From assembly GCF_000400465.1 (NCBI RefSeq), contig NW_008806280.1:240001-302000 (forward strand): 62,000 nucleotides of DNA, read 5' to 3'. A program made the translations under genes and the position numbers. This document shows positions 37,407-50,733 of the stretch, in pieces. How positions within the stretch are numbered: position 1 is the first letter of the stretch; every line of letters starts with the position of its first letter. The notes under the pieces are model-generated. The model saw only the letters and a program-made list of their open reading frames with translations, was not told the origin of the DNA and made no database searches. Source of the stretch: Wallemia ichthyophaga EXF-994. Its lineage: Eukaryota; Fungi; Basidiomycota.

Positions 37407-37900
37407 ATGATGTCAACTTTAATGAAAATGAATGTAGTGCTGGTGGGATTGAGCCTGATTAACGTGGCAAGTGCTAGAAATTGTTATTACGTTAGAGGTC
37501 GGTAAGTTGCATACACAGCCACACAACAAATAAGCTAAATAGCGCAGTTATCGTTGCTCTGGGTTGAGCAGAGGAGGGAGAATTGGGATTGGAGTCGCCG
37601 TCGCAGTCGCAGTCGTTGTACTGATAGGGCTGATATCATTGCTATTCTTCTGCAGGCGTAGAAAGAGGCTCAATCAGCAGGGACATGTTTACGAGCAGCA
37701 GATGTATGCGCCAAATCAGCAGAATTATCCAGTCCCACAGATGCCATACAATCAAGGCGGGTATGGATATAATCCGCCACCAGGGCCACCACCGGGAATG
37801 GACGATCACCAGCCACCGCCGTGAGTAGAGGACTAAGTGGATGTACAATTAACTAAATAATGGCTGCAGATACCCGCCACCAACACACAAAGAAGTTTAA
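37407..37900 (+). CDS. Small single-pass membrane protein with signal peptide, two-Cys ectodomain and Pro/Tyr-rich tail (Rcr1/WBP1-like), 3 exons
   Basis: Spliced MMSTLMKMNVVLVGLSLINVASARNCYYVRGRYRCSGLSRGGRIGIGVAVAVAVVVLIGLISLLFFCRRRKR...QPPPPYPPPTHKEV*; introns gtaagt..gcag and gtgagt..gcag. Confidence 0.72.
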
Positions 37901-38004
37901 ATAATTTTAATTTATATTTTAACCCATGTTGGAATGTGATTTACATATTTGGTAAACAACGTCATTCCATCTCGGCTTAAATTCCAACAGCCAGGACAAA
38001 GGGA

Positions 38005-38505
38005 ATGGCTGCGATTGCTAGGAGAAGGATAGAGAGGCGGGATGCGAAGAAAACAGCGCCGATAGTGATTATCATATTACTCATCGTAATCGTCGTTGTG
38101 GCGTGGTTAGTCGGGGTCGAGAGGAAGAGAAGGCGGAAGAAGAGAGAATATGAAGCGTTCGTTAAGAGCCTTCCAGTGCTAGAGCAGCCCAATGTCGCAA
38201 CTGGGATTGACGTCGGTAACACACACGGCCAATCCCCTTTAGATTTTATCAACGAAAGGTACTTTGGCAGGGATAATCACTTTTCTTCTGCTCAGAGGCA
38301 TTTTGACGACTTTGACGATGAAATTAGTCCTGGGGATGCTGTACAAGGGTCTACACAATCACCACCAGTACATCCACCACCTGCTCACACCAATCAACCA
38401 CCAACGCCTACAAACGAACAAGCAGCTGCAGCAGTTCCGCCACCACCTTCTTATACGGATTCTAATAACAATCTAAACATCCCACCACCTTCATATAATC
38501 GATAG
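38005..38505 (+). CDS. Single-pass membrane protein with two PPxY motifs
   Basis: TM segment PIVIIILLIVIVVVAWLVGV followed by ERKRRRKKR; tail contains PPPPSYT and PPPSYNR. Confidence 0.68.
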   Translation: MAAIARRRIERRDAKKTAPIVIIILLIVIVVVAWLVGVERKRRRKKREYEAFVKSLPVLEQPNVATGIDVGNTHGQSPLDFINERYFGRDNHFSSAQRHFDDFDDEISPGDAVQGSTQSPPVHPPPAHTNQPPTPTNEQAAAAVPPPPSYTDSNNNLNIPPPSYNR

Positions 38506-38558
38506 CCCAGCTACAGCGTTACGCCGATAAATTATATTAATCTTACATTTAATACAAT

Positions 38559-39025
38559 TCATGCTTTCTCAATCTCTTGGATATAATTGATAGATTCATC
38601 ACTCTGATTGGCTTTGAGGATTTCTAACAAAGCTTCAACGTACTTGTTGGCTGCTTCTTCCTTGGACATGCCCTCAACAGACTTGTAAGCATCCCACTTT
38701 GCACGTCCAGTGAAGTCCATTAAACCTGGGCGACTTGTCTTTACGTCGCCTTCATTTGCTGTGTTGTGTTGTGAGTATTTAGCGTACGCTTGGTTGTTCA
38801 CGAACCCTGCTTAAAAAGCGCGTAAAACTGTATAAATTTAAAATCAAATGGAATATACGTTAAGTGGATTCAACACTCACTCTCAACTTCTGATCTGTTG
38901 TTGTTTGTACAGGTCCCTCCTTTGGAAGTGAATTTACGATTGAGACAGCCTGTGTTTTTATGTAAGCTAGGATTGGATAAATACAGTCTACAATTTTAAT
39001 CCACCTTCTCGAATTTTGTAGTCAT
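38559..39025 (-). CDS. ACB1: Acyl-CoA-binding protein, multi-exon
   Basis: SIVNSLPKEGP, EGDVKTSRPGLMDFTGRAKWDAY, GMSKEEAANKYVE. Confidence 0.93.
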
Positions 39026-39087
39026 GATTGTTCTCGCTGAGAAACTGCTTGCGCTGCTAACGTCATCAACACACACGCCTATTTAAA

Positions 39088-40874
39088 ATGGCCTGTCTAC
39101 CTGCGATTCCCCTGCTAGGCATAGCTAGCCCTATTATTTCTAGCTGCATTGGTGCTTTAGCTTTTTGCTGCACTTCCACTGCACTCTCCGCTATGTTCAA
39201 GTGCGTGCAACCAATCAACATCTTAGCGCTGTTCAATTAAACTACATTCAGATCTTGCAACTGCAACTCCTCCGTAGCTACCAGAGTTGGCTACAGCGTG
39301 CGTTACTCGCTCCCAATCCCTCTCACTCCCTCACACCTCCGCACAGATCATTTTCACTATAAACTCTTTACTCGCGTGGCTGATGCGAACTCGATGGGCT
39401 ATACACGCCCTAGAGAAACTCACTTACGACTACCTCAAAATGGACTGCCCTTCCGGTAAATGCTACGGCGTCTTAGCCGTACATAGATTCTCTTTCGCCT
39501 TATCTCTCTTTCACGCCATTCTAGCTTTATCCTTAATTGGCGTAAAGGATACGCGTACTAATAGAGCTTCGATACAAAATGGGTGCGTTTTCTTTCCTCT
39601 TGATTTGGCTAATCTGACTTATTCCGTGTTTGTTTAGTTGGTGGGGTCCAAAGTATGTTATCCGCTTTAATACAAACTACAAACCTAACTCTCGTTTCTA
39701 TAGATTCCTCCTCTGGATTTCCCTCATCTTTGTCTCATTTGCAATCCCCAACGAATTTTTCATTTTCTGGTCAAACTATATCTCCTTGATTGGCGGCTCT
39801 ATCTTTATCCTGGTTGGATTAGTGCTGCTCGTCGACTTTGCTCACACCTGGTCTGAAACTTGTCTCGACAGGTGGGAGGCTTCACAGTCCAACACATGGA
39901 AGTACATTCTCCTAGCTTCCACTTTAGGTATGTACATTGCCTCAATCACTTTCACAGTCCTGCTTTTAGTTTTCTTTACTGGATCGAAATGCGTACTAAA
40001 CAATGTGTTCCTTTCAATCCACTCTGTCTTAGTCGTTGCTATAACCGTCCTCTGCATTTCGCCATCAGTCCAAGACGCCAACCCCAAGTCTGGCCTAGCA
40101 CAGGCTTCAATGGTAGCTGCATACTGTACATACTTGACAGCATCTGCAATCATCAATAAGGATGATGAAAATGGGGAGTGTAACGCAATCTCAGGTGGTT
40201 ACCTAGCTTCACACACTTCAACGATTGTTCTCGGTGCGCTATTCACCCTCCTGGCAATTGCATACTCGACAACACGTGCTGCAACCCAATCTAAAGCTCT
40301 CGTTGGCAAGAATAAAAGCAAGATTGAAATATCAGGTGGTGAATTCCATGCATTGGAAAATGACACAAATGACGCAAATGAGAATGTAATTTCAAATCAA
40401 CCCAAGAGCTCCGACAACATTCGCACGCAAGCTCTTCTGGCAGCTGTTGAAGCTGGTTCATTACCTGCATCTGCATTGCAAGATGCTCAAGATGAAGCTG
40501 AAAATGAAAATGAAAATGATCACGATGAGGACGTTATCAATAGTGAAGCTAACGACGATGAAAAGTCAGGCACTAAATATAATTATAGCTGGTTCCACAT
40601 CGTCTTCATTCTCGCTTCTATGTATGTCGCTATGCTGTTGACTGATTGGAATAAAATTCAATCTGGTTCTGATAACGAAAATGGCGATCAGCTTGTTAGG
40701 ATTGGTCGATCACCTGCTGCAATGTGGGTCAGAATGATAAGCGCTTGGTTGTGCTACTTTATCTACATATGGAGTAGGTTTAATTGTCTCATACTTCTGA
40801 CTGTCACTTCTAACATGCACACAGCACTTGTTGCGCCAGTCTTCTTCCCAGATAGATTTGAAGGACTTCATTAA
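39088..40874 (+). CDS. TMS1: Serine incorporator (SERINC/Tms1) membrane protein, multi-exon
   Basis: CYGVLAVHRFSFAL..FH, QNGWWGPK, GLVLLVDFAHTWSETC, PKSGLAQASMVAAYCTYL, YNYSWFHIVF.LASMYVAMLLTDW, WTLVAPVFFPDRF after splicing. Confidence 0.95.
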
Positions 40875-40941
40875 TTACAATATCACAATTATCGCTGTAA
40901 ATTAGTATATCATTTATGTTTCTTCTTTCTCATTCGCAATC

Positions 40942-41994
40942 CTAAAGGTGTCTCCCAGTTGGGAAAAACACAGGCACCTTTTCCTTGTACTCTTTCCAAG
41001 CATTCAAGGTGTTTTCATCAGCTTTCGCGAACTTTTCATCACTGATTTTCTCCTGCATTGAGACACCGCTAACGTATCGAATGAGAAGATATTCGAATAG
41101 GGGACTAGCGAAAGCGACAGCGCCGAAATAAGCTGGATAGACGGAAGGTACGCTAGCCAGAGTTCTCATAGTGAGAAGCGAGACGCCAATCCAAGTTGAT
41201 ACTTCTGCAGCATAATTTGGGTGTCTTGAGTAAGCCCACAAACCACTTTTGATGAAAGGTTCCTTATGTTTTCCGTCGGTCTTCTCATTCCTCCAGCGCG
41301 TTTTCTGCGCATCTGCAACATGCTCCATGTAGAGAGAAGACAACATCACAGCTACGCCTGCCATCTCTACCACACCCATGGCTGGGATAGCTACGTGTGC
41401 AGGAATAGCATTAATGGCATACACAGGCCATGCTGCTGCTATATTCCACATAGCTTGCCCAGCGAATGCAACTGCAAATTTACCTGGATATGGAGTGATA
41501 TTCTCGAACCTCGAGTCTGTTCCCGATTGGAATGAACGCTTGCAGAGGAATATACCCAGTCTGGCTGACCAGAAGGCTACAAATGTGGTAGCGATCAGCG
41601 ATTGCGCTGAGAGGTGGAGTGGGTTGGGCAGTGCAACGGGTGGCAGGCCGAGCAATTTGGCTCTGATAGCTGGATAGCAGAGGGAGACGCCCAATGAACT
41701 AAGGAATCCTACAACTACGTCAGATGATTGCTACCGAACGCATGTGGGGTATTACCAATTGATCTAAGTAAAATGAGTGAGGCACTTGTGGAGAATCATG
41801 CACTAAACTCACCCTACTAAATCACTTCACGGCCTCGACGTTAGCATTGCCTGGGTTGCCACTCAAGTCACTCACTACAGCCTGTCCTCCTTTTTCGGAA
41901 TGCAGTAGCTTGCCGCTAGTGCATTCACCGCTACCGCCGTGGCGCTCACAGCCTTCAAGCTCGTCGCAGGTAATATTTTCGACAACAAAACCAT
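40942..41994 (-). CDS. DUF1295 / steroid 5-alpha-reductase-like membrane protein, multi-exon with 12- and 8-nt microexons
   Basis: Spliced EDRLYDLVGSIGFLSS, WSARLGIFL.KR....G.DSRF, E.VADAQK..W, FIKSGLWAYSRHPNYAAE..W.GV. Confidence 0.88.
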
Positions 41995-42056
41995 GATGTG
42001 TGTGATGTGAGATGATACGAAATTAATCTATATTTATGTCATTACATTACGTCACA

Positions 42057-44156
42057 TCACAGATCCTTGTTGACGCGCTTTTCTTCTAAATATTTTAGGT
42101 AGCGCTGCACATCTGTCCCTGTACCTCTTTTGTCCGGATCTACCGGCGCGAATTTGAGCGATGAGTGTGGTGTAAATTTCGCGAGTTTGAAAGGATGTGC
42201 TTCCGTTGAGAGTACATAATCATCGAGTGAGATTTCCTTTGGATCTGAGAATATCAGGTAGTAGTATTTCAGTGTCTCGGCTAGTACGAATGACTCCATA
42301 TTATCCACTTTGTGTACGCGATCTGAGTCCACATCTTCGATGGCAGAAAACCCATACTTGGAATATGTGTGTCTCGTCCACGACGTAAACAACCTCCAGG
42401 CTCTCTCTCTCCATATGTCCTCCCCTGTCAATCTGTACATGACAAAAATGCTCTCAATGATCTCGGGCCTGCCAAGGTGTACGCTCGACATAGATATGTA
42501 TCTGTAGGGTCGAGGCCACGTAGGTGGGATTGTTCTAACTACTTTCGTCACCTCTCTCTCACTCAGATCAAATATTGCTGATTCTGGTGCAAGTCCTGTT
42601 ATCGTACTGTTGGCCATTTCGAAGCAGCTTTTTGTTAGTTTGCTTGCCAGACTCATGTCTTGCGGTCTGTTTAGTATTTTAGATCCCAATGCAACCATTC
42701 CGCCAGAGAAGCATGACAGGTGCTCCCATTTAGGCAAAATCTCATCATCATCGTCGTGTTTTCCGATAGAGAGCGAGGTCAGCTCACCTGATATTGTTAA
42801 ATCTGCGAACCTTTCTATGTTTGACGGTATCTCGATTATCAACTTATCATTTATCGAGTCTAAAGCTTTGATGTATTGTTTTCCGTACCGAGACAACTGT
42901 GCATTGATCAACCTATACATCTTTATGAGGTATTCATAGTAGCTGTCACTCAAACCACCCAACGTGAACACGCCAGATCTTGGTGTCTGCGTTATCTCCT
43001 CATCCAATCTGACGTGTGTTGGCAATAATCCTGAAATCGTTGACCTCAAACTGAATAGTACATCTTGCGCTTTATTTGCAACATTCAAATACTTGTGATT
43101 ACCTGTTATCATTGATAATTTTGCAAATTCGAGTATCATACTGCCAGATTCCGCTAAGATAGTGTAGTCTTCTTCACGAGATGGTTGGTTGGGATTTAGT
43201 ACGCTCAACGGCATAGCAGAGGTTGTGTTGTATGCAATAACTAGGATATCCGCCAGCTCTATTGCGCGTGAAAGCATCAATCCATCACCACTTAAATCAT
43301 AAGCGGACACTAAGCCACCAAGGTACCTAATATTAGTTTCAAATGTATGCAGTTCACCTATTGGGTTGTGCGAGTAGTTGAAATCGATCTGATTAACATC
43401 TAGAGTCTCTCGTTAGACTGTTGACAAAGACTATAAACATTAAAATGAACACTCACGCTGTCTAGCCTCCTCATACTCATCTAGCAGACCCATTATAAGT
43501 AGCGTGTCCAAATTATCCACAATGGTAGCTCCCCATCCGTTAAAAGGTGACTTCCTGAATTTACTCGAATGGCTAGTGAAAGGTCTGCCTGATATTGGGT
43601 GTATCTCATCGAAGCCGTACGCATTGGCTTTATAACCATTCCAAGCATGTAAGAAGGCATTTTTTACCACGTTTTGTCGATAAATTGTTTCATCATTGTT
43701 GGTATCACGACTAAATTTAGTCTGTACTTTTGGTATCGTCATATAGAATAAAGAGCTCAAGTCGGCAGTTGCTTTTGCGTTATCGTAGAATACATCAGCT
43801 ACCACGCCGAATGGCTTTGAGGGTGCTGGTTTCCAGTCTTTCGGCGTAGGATACTGCTTGGATGGATTTAGCGCCTTAATATTTGTGTTTGGTGGTGTTT
43901 CGAGTTGAGTAATAGCAGTTGGAGGATTTCTTGCTCTGAATATCATCCACCTCGGATCAAGTTCCTCTATTGAGAGCTTGTCATAAGAAATGCGTTGATC
44001 AACGGGAATAGTAGCCGTCCTCTTACTCCGCTTGAAGGTGACAAAATAGCCAAAGAACACGGCTAGTATAAGAATTGCAGCCAGAAACTGCAACACCCTC
44101 ATTCGCGCTTTGCTTCTAGTCATTTTAGTCACCCTTGTCATCCTCGTCATACCCAT
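42057..44156 (-). CDS. Class I alpha-1,2-mannosidase (GH47), type II membrane protein, 2 exons
   Basis: N-terminal TM; FLHAWNGYK.NAYGFDEIHPISG, GWGATIVDNLDTLLIMGL, FETNIRYLGGL.SAY, LAESGSMILEF, GGLSDSYYEYLIK, EHLSCFSGGM.ALG, GRPEIIES, DNMESFVLAETLKYYYLIF, STEAHP. Confidence 0.93.
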
Positions 44157-44228
44157 GATGACGTTTGTCTGGAAAGAAGAATAAAATAAGATTATTTACA
44201 CTTTACATTTGGTAACCGAGTTGCACGT

Positions 44229-45655
44229 TTAATTCTCACGCTTAATTTTGTACGCGTCCTCTGAAGTTGGTAATGTGCTTGAAACCTCTTTGATCAACTT
44301 TGCGTAGATTTCGTCAGAATCGACGTGATTAAAGTGCTGTAGTGGGCCTGTTAGCTGAAAGTACCTATCACATACCTATCACACTCACCTTCAACTCATG
44401 CTTCTTGTTTTCAGCCGCTTCATCCTTACGCTTAGCACGTTGATCATTTTCAATCGCTGATTTAGCCTTGCCAGCTTTATCGTAGTTGCCACTACGTATG
44501 CCATCTGCAACGTCTTTCCACACTAATCTAGATTCAGGAATTTGTTGCTCTTCAAGTGGCTTAACAGTAACTTCTTCCTTTGGAATTTGAGCATCAATGT
44601 TCAAATCACCCTTTGTGTCTTTGGTAGTGCCAGTCCATTGACCTTCAAGGTTTGCAATTGATGTTGAGTCCTTTGTGAGGGAGGCTTTGTAAGAATGGGC
44701 TTTACCAGATAGCCAGCCTTTACCCTTATAATCTATGGTTACACAAGTACCATTAGATCCAACGATATAACTGAGTTCTGTTAGTTCAATGTAAGGCTTC
44801 CCGTATAAGATACCATCAATTTTCAGTCTTGGTAATGTGATCAAGTAATCTTCGACTGAGCCATCTTCAAGCTTAACAGACAAGACTGAGTGACCAACTT
44901 GCTTAACTATGATTGAAGGTGCGCTGAATGATGTCTTTTGGCCTGAGTGTCCTTCTAATGAGACCCCTGCTTTTTCATTGTTAATGTAGAAAGCAGTAAT
45001 TGGAGGATGGTCTTTGGTGGTAGTGTTAGAATCCGTTGAATGTTCTTATAAAACTCACGCGAAACTTGCTCAACAGTCAAATCAGTCTTGCCCCGTCCAT
45101 TGGTATCTGGCCAAGAACCGTAAAAGGTCTCACCAAGAATTGGGTTTAGAGGTTTCTTCTCGGAGCCCATTTTCTCGTTCCTGGTAGCGTATTGACATTT
45201 GAGTGTGAGGATAAACCAGCGTAACACAAGTTTAGCACGCTCTTCAGGGGTTTTACCTGAGGAAATAGCGGCAAATTCACTGTAAGGTTAGTATTAGGGC
45301 GTGCATATACGCGACAATAGCTCAAATTACTCAGGATGCTCACACCAGTATGCTAATTAGTGCTACGTCAGTGATTGTGGAGATACCGAGGTGAGGAAAC
45401 ACACCAGGGAACTCAGTGAGTGATGTAGGCGAGAGAATGAAACTAATTACGCGTTAGAAAGGTATAAGCCACCAAATAAGGCTCACGATGGGGCAGTTAG
45501 GCTAGAGAGGTCACCTGACCAGGATGCTAATCCCTTTACGAAGCTGGACCAGCTGGATTGCTGTGAGCCACGTGAGATAGGAATAATATAAATCATGAGC
45601 AATTCCCACTTGATGCGCAGGTACTTGAGATTCCGCCGAAGACATAGTGATCGTT
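44229..45655 (-). CDS. KES1: Oxysterol-binding protein homolog (short ORD-only, Osh4/Kes1-like), multi-exon
   Basis: SWSSFVKGLASWSGDLSSLTAPSFILSP.SL.E, GSEKKPLNPILGETF, EQVSHHPPITA, YLITLP.L.I.GIL.G.PYIEL, KS.IENDQRAKRK. Confidence 0.9.
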
Positions 45656-45730
45656 GTAAATGTAAACGCCCCAAAGATCCCAGGCTGATCAACGCAATCA
45701 TCATCAAACTATTGAAAATATAAAGTTAAA

Positions 45731-47751
45731 ATGAATAGACCAATGACACTATCAGAGAATGATTTTGATAGTGAATTACCCCCTCTGGGTTCTACGCGCT
45801 GTTATTGGGTCCTGTTGGATCGCAGCTTCAACTTTGTATATCTCGATCCTGTGCTGTCTTCGCATGTCAGTGGCTTATAATATGTGTAGGCCCATCTCAC
45901 TCTAACCCGCAGATGAAATCGCAATCAAATTCCCTCATCGGAACCAGTTTCTATGACTATTTACATCCAGCTGAATCAAACGAAGCAAAGCAAGATATTC
46001 AGTCAATAGTTCAGTCCGAGAATATCCACGGCTCTATTATTAGAGTTAGATTTGTGCGCCTTCCTTTCATACGCGTTCATTTGGGCAGTAAAAGTCCGGT
46101 TCCATACCACGTTTCTCAAATGTGCGCAGACAAATCTGATAGCACTTATATCCCCTTAGACTTGGTCATTAGCTCGATCCACGATGGTCTTTACCTCTGC
46201 TTCTTTCACGCCGTTTTAGATAAGAATCCTCATTTCAACAACAACGCCGACTCTATTTGGACTAACTGGTGTCATACGCCTATATTCACTGAAAGGCACA
46301 CTCAAATTCTCGAGCAATCCCTTCTCAATTGGTCCCGATATCAGCCACCTACGCCTCAAAAGTTTACTATTCCGACGCGTATCTTCCAACTAATCCGACA
46401 ATCTTCAAACGAGAATACCAATATCGGCCTCAATCACGTCATCTACTCGTGGCCACCATCAGACGGCAGCACCGGTGAGGGTCCTTACAATCCTTCGTCA
46501 TTCGCATCACTTATGAGCGAGATATCAATCAATCAAAGCGCAGCTAGTCAGTTGACTGGTGCTGCCACAAGCTGTTCGCGGAGATTCAAAGCTAGACATC
46601 AAGCAAAGTGCAACGAAAATTACTACACTGTAGAGTCAATGTTTATTCCGTACGGTGCTATCATTTTTGCATGTTTCAAGATCGAGTTCGAATACCCAGT
46701 CGCAGCTACAAAAAGAACAGCAATATCACCGAGTGAAAATTCTCATCAAACTACCACATTGTTCGATAGTACTTCATACGATCAATCTTTATACCTGCAT
46801 CCCCAGCCATTCTATCAACAAGCAGCCGCACCTGGGCCTCAATTCAGTTTGGTAAACGATTGGACTGGTTATTCTGCATCACCATCCACATCTGAAGCTC
46901 CAATCAAAGATGAAATCGCTCAACAACAATTGCCATCACCGGTTGCACCAATTAAAGATGAGTTCAGCCAATCACATCAGCTACCTCCACCGCCACCTCC
47001 ACCAGCAGCAATCCCGGTAAAAGCACCGCTCAATCTTCCGGAAGCAAACACATCTGGTAGCAGCAACATCAGCAACAAGAGTAACAATAACTACAACCAC
47101 AACTACAACCAAGTCAAGCCAAATACGGACAAAGTAGGTTGCACGAGTTGCGGGAAGGAGAAAAGTCCAGAGTGGCGCAGAGGTCCATCAGGAAAGAAAG
47201 ACCTCTGCAATGCTTGTGGTTTGAGATATGCTCGTGCAATAAGTAAATCAGAGACTAGTGGTGCTACTCTCAGTGGTAGGCGTAAAAAAAGTGATAGCAA
47301 AAATAACACAAAGAAAAATAAAAAAGCTTCACTGTCGCCAAATCCTTCAAGTAGCAATCTTACGGGAAATGCCCCACTTAACTTAACTAAATCAACACAC
47401 TCATCTCCAAATCTCAATGTAGATGCACCTACACTTGAAAAGCCAATGTTCTTAGCACCAAAAGATAATGATATACCATTCAACTTTAATGGATTCATTC
47501 CAAAATCACCCCAACAATCTTCAAATCTTGATTCATACGATAGTAGTCATTCATATCCAAAGCTTTACAACCAAGAAATAAATGATCAGTACCAGATGTC
47601 CCCCCAATTACCACTTCAATTACCCCCTCAGCAGCGGAATCTTGCATACATTAACCCAACACTATATAGCAATGATAATAGCAACGCAAATCAATTTCAA
47701 TTCAATAACGCCTCAACTAATGCTAATCAGACACCTTCTTTTTTACCGTGA
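45731..47751 (+). CDS. GATA zinc-finger transcription factor with N-terminal PAS-like region (basidiomycete type), 2 exons
   Basis: [30 protein letters not shown]; C-X2-C-X18-C-X2-C finger [30 protein letters not shown]. Confidence 0.85.
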
Positions 47752-47877
47752 AGTTTTTATTTGTAATTATAATTTTCACTCTTACTTGAAGCATAATCGA
47801 AAGATGCAAAAAACGATTTATTACAAAGTAGAACAGACATTATAGTATAATTATTTACCTGTATAAGATTAAAGGGA

Positions 47878-50733
47878 TTATTTTGCTTCACCAATACCAC
47901 CACTGCCTTCTTCATCCGAATTATCATCCTTTCTATAGTGTTTTGGTTGATGATTCTTATTTTGTTCGCCAAACACCTCAACAACAGCACTGAATGATCT
48001 AGTCCGTGCTCGCTTTGAAGTGTCAAGTGTATCTTCTGAATGCACACTATACATTTCATTATTCTGTGATGACTGTAATGTGTCGTTATTGGTGATGAAA
48101 GAGCTGTTTGGTAGAGATGGAGGAACAATTGGCGTGGTGGCTCTAACGTCTTGATTTAGGGATTGACGAGGTGTCTTTTCTTCGTAATGATTGTCATCGC
48201 TTTCACTCTCACTATCATCATCCACAACTCTTTGAAGGTAGTTGCCGTGAGTTTCGTCGCTGCTGTTGCTGTCCTCAAAGGCTGTAGTAGGTCTCCAGGC
48301 AGACATGATGTAATCATCATCCTGCTCACGCATTGGTGATATAGCCGTGTTAAACGACATACTATAATCGCTTGATCCTCCTTTGAAGCTCTTCCTTCTA
48401 TTTCTTCTAGGCGCCTCAATGTCTGACTGTCTATCTAGTATTCCTTGTCTTGATGTAGTGCGTGAAACTGCACTGTTAGTGCCTTCCTGAGGGTTCTTGC
48501 CTTTGCTGCCGATTGAGGATATCGCACCCATTAATCCAGACTCATTTGTAGGCGCGTCTTCTATGAATGGCAAACCAGCAAATAGTCTCAGCAGGCCCTC
48601 TAGGATCTTTGTCAAGACTATGATCAAAGCGACAGCGAAAACTATGCCTTGTATCACGAATATGACGTAAGTCACCCATCCCGCTGCAACGTAGTTGATG
48701 TTCACCTAGGCTATGGTTAGTATGAATAAAAAATACGACAACAAACTACCCACAGCTGGACACAGAACAATAAGCAAAGCACTCGTAATCACTCTGGCAA
48801 CTGAATTGAGGAAAGTGAGCAGTCCCATCTGGGCGCCGTAGCCCCAGGGTGACCATATGGTTATCATCAGCAAGCCAGCCAGTTCAACTAAAAGTAAAAC
48901 TACAGATTGAGCAGTACCTGAGACTTGAACAGCGCCGATAATGATACCCTCAATGAGATTCTGCATAAAAAAGAAACCCCAGAATAAATGACTACCAGGT
49001 CTAAAGACATTGTAAAGCGGACCTAGAGCGAGAATTGTTCTTGTTGCATCGTATAGTTTTACTGTTGGAGTCCTGCTCACTCTAATAAGGATATAAATTG
49101 GGAAAGCCAAACCGATGAAGACGAGAGAAAGAACAGCAAATGCAATACTGACTTTGGTAGCGCCATCGTTGCTTAATGACAGCTGGTATACCGACAAGAT
49201 GGTGATAGGGAAGTGGAAGAGTAGAAGCAACCTGAGTAAATTGCCTTGTAACAATTTCCAGTGAAACCCACCACTTGCACCACCCAACCTCATCTCCCAA
49301 ATAGCACGACGGAAACCAGAGCGGGCATTGTTGTGATTGTTGGAAGTAGTTGTTTGGAATCTTTTGAAAGCGGATGAGTCGTTAGTTTGCGGGAGTGTCA
49401 GTTCCTGAACAGACTTTTGTCTGTCGTCTACACTGCCATCGGAACCATTGTTAGATATAGAAAGTCTCTTGACCAGACTGCGATCTTCACGACCTTTATT
49501 TGCGTGTCTTCTCCATATAATGATACCCAGGGAATCCAAAGTCCATAACAAGAGACTTGCAGCAATCAATACAGCAGCAATTGCCAAAGCTAAAGCGATA
49601 CAGCAACCGTACAAGTCATCTTTATGTAGACCGATAACTTGAGATAAACTATCCAAACCTGCAGCATGGCTGACGTTTCCATCATCGAGTAGGTTGTTTG
49701 GACTATCTCTATTCAAATATAACGGAGAAGTGTTATTCTCGAATAGTAAGGTATCGAATGGAGACGGTATGGACAATGGTTGGGTTGATAGTGGATCGAC
49801 ATGATCTGAAGTTGTCAACGAGATGTTATATAACAGCGAAGACCACACAACTTGGTTAAAGAATGGGTAGGAGAAAGAGGGCCAATTTACAGCCACCATA
49901 CCCAAAGCAGCGCACCATTGAGTGTGCAGAATGATATTGCCGACTGAAGGAGTAACGAATCGCAGTAAACCAGGGGTATTGCTAAACATCTGACCGGAAA
50001 TGCCACCAACAAGACTAGTTTCAAGTCTCTGTCTGCTGGCCCAAGTTCTGACAAATTTTGTGGTCTTGGCTTTGCGATACGCAGCACCGATACTTGCAAT
50101 AGACTGTACGACAAGGAAAGAGATGCAAGTAGAGACGGTGATCCAAAAGATGAGCTTGTAGAACCAGCCATTGGGGTAGTAGGGGGTGAGAGGAACATCG
50201 ATACAAGCCATTTCGCGCGCGGGATCGGATGCATCAAGGAGGCGGAGAGTGTTTACGAGGGTAGTGAGAGCGTACGGGTGAGATGCAAAAGCTGCGGGTT
50301 CAGGGAGTGGAGTGTGTACACCGATAGCAACTTGACCTTGCGGAGCGGGACAAGCGGGGTGGTTTGAAGTAGAATTGGAGCCGAGGACGTGGTCGCAGAG
50401 GCTGACTGGGTTATCGTATAGCTCAAAAGAGAGAGCACGGGAGTGAACTAGTAAAGTAGCTAATCTGTCCGTTGAGCTATTCCGCTCGCTGAGAGTGTCT
50501 TGCATATCACCAATCAGCACAGTTCTAAGTATATTTTGGCCAATTTGAATATTATCCGTGGCAGATTCCGCTTTATCTAGCTGAGTGTACACGCTGGTTA
50601 TATTGATTCTGTTATCATCTGGAGCAGTTTGGTATCCAGACTGGCAACTCGAGAACGGCGCCAACTGAGGCTGCGCTAGAGTAAAAGTATACGTGGATAT
50701 TGATATTGATATTAGAATTCTTTTTAAATTCAT
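47878..50733 (-). CDS. TRP-like / FLC (Pkd2/flavin carrier) family membrane protein, 2 exons
   Basis: Signal peptide, ML-like N-terminal domain with Cys pairs (PAREMACIDVPLTPY), ILHTQWCAALGMVAVNWP.FSYPF, multiple TM segments, LGPLYNVF, acidic cytosolic tail. Confidence 0.8.

Noticed and set aside
44118-44156. Nine-nt quasi-repeat giving MGMTRMTRVTKMTR at the GH47 N-terminus
   Set aside because: Short low-complexity cytosolic tail; the several ATGs only make the exact start uncertain.
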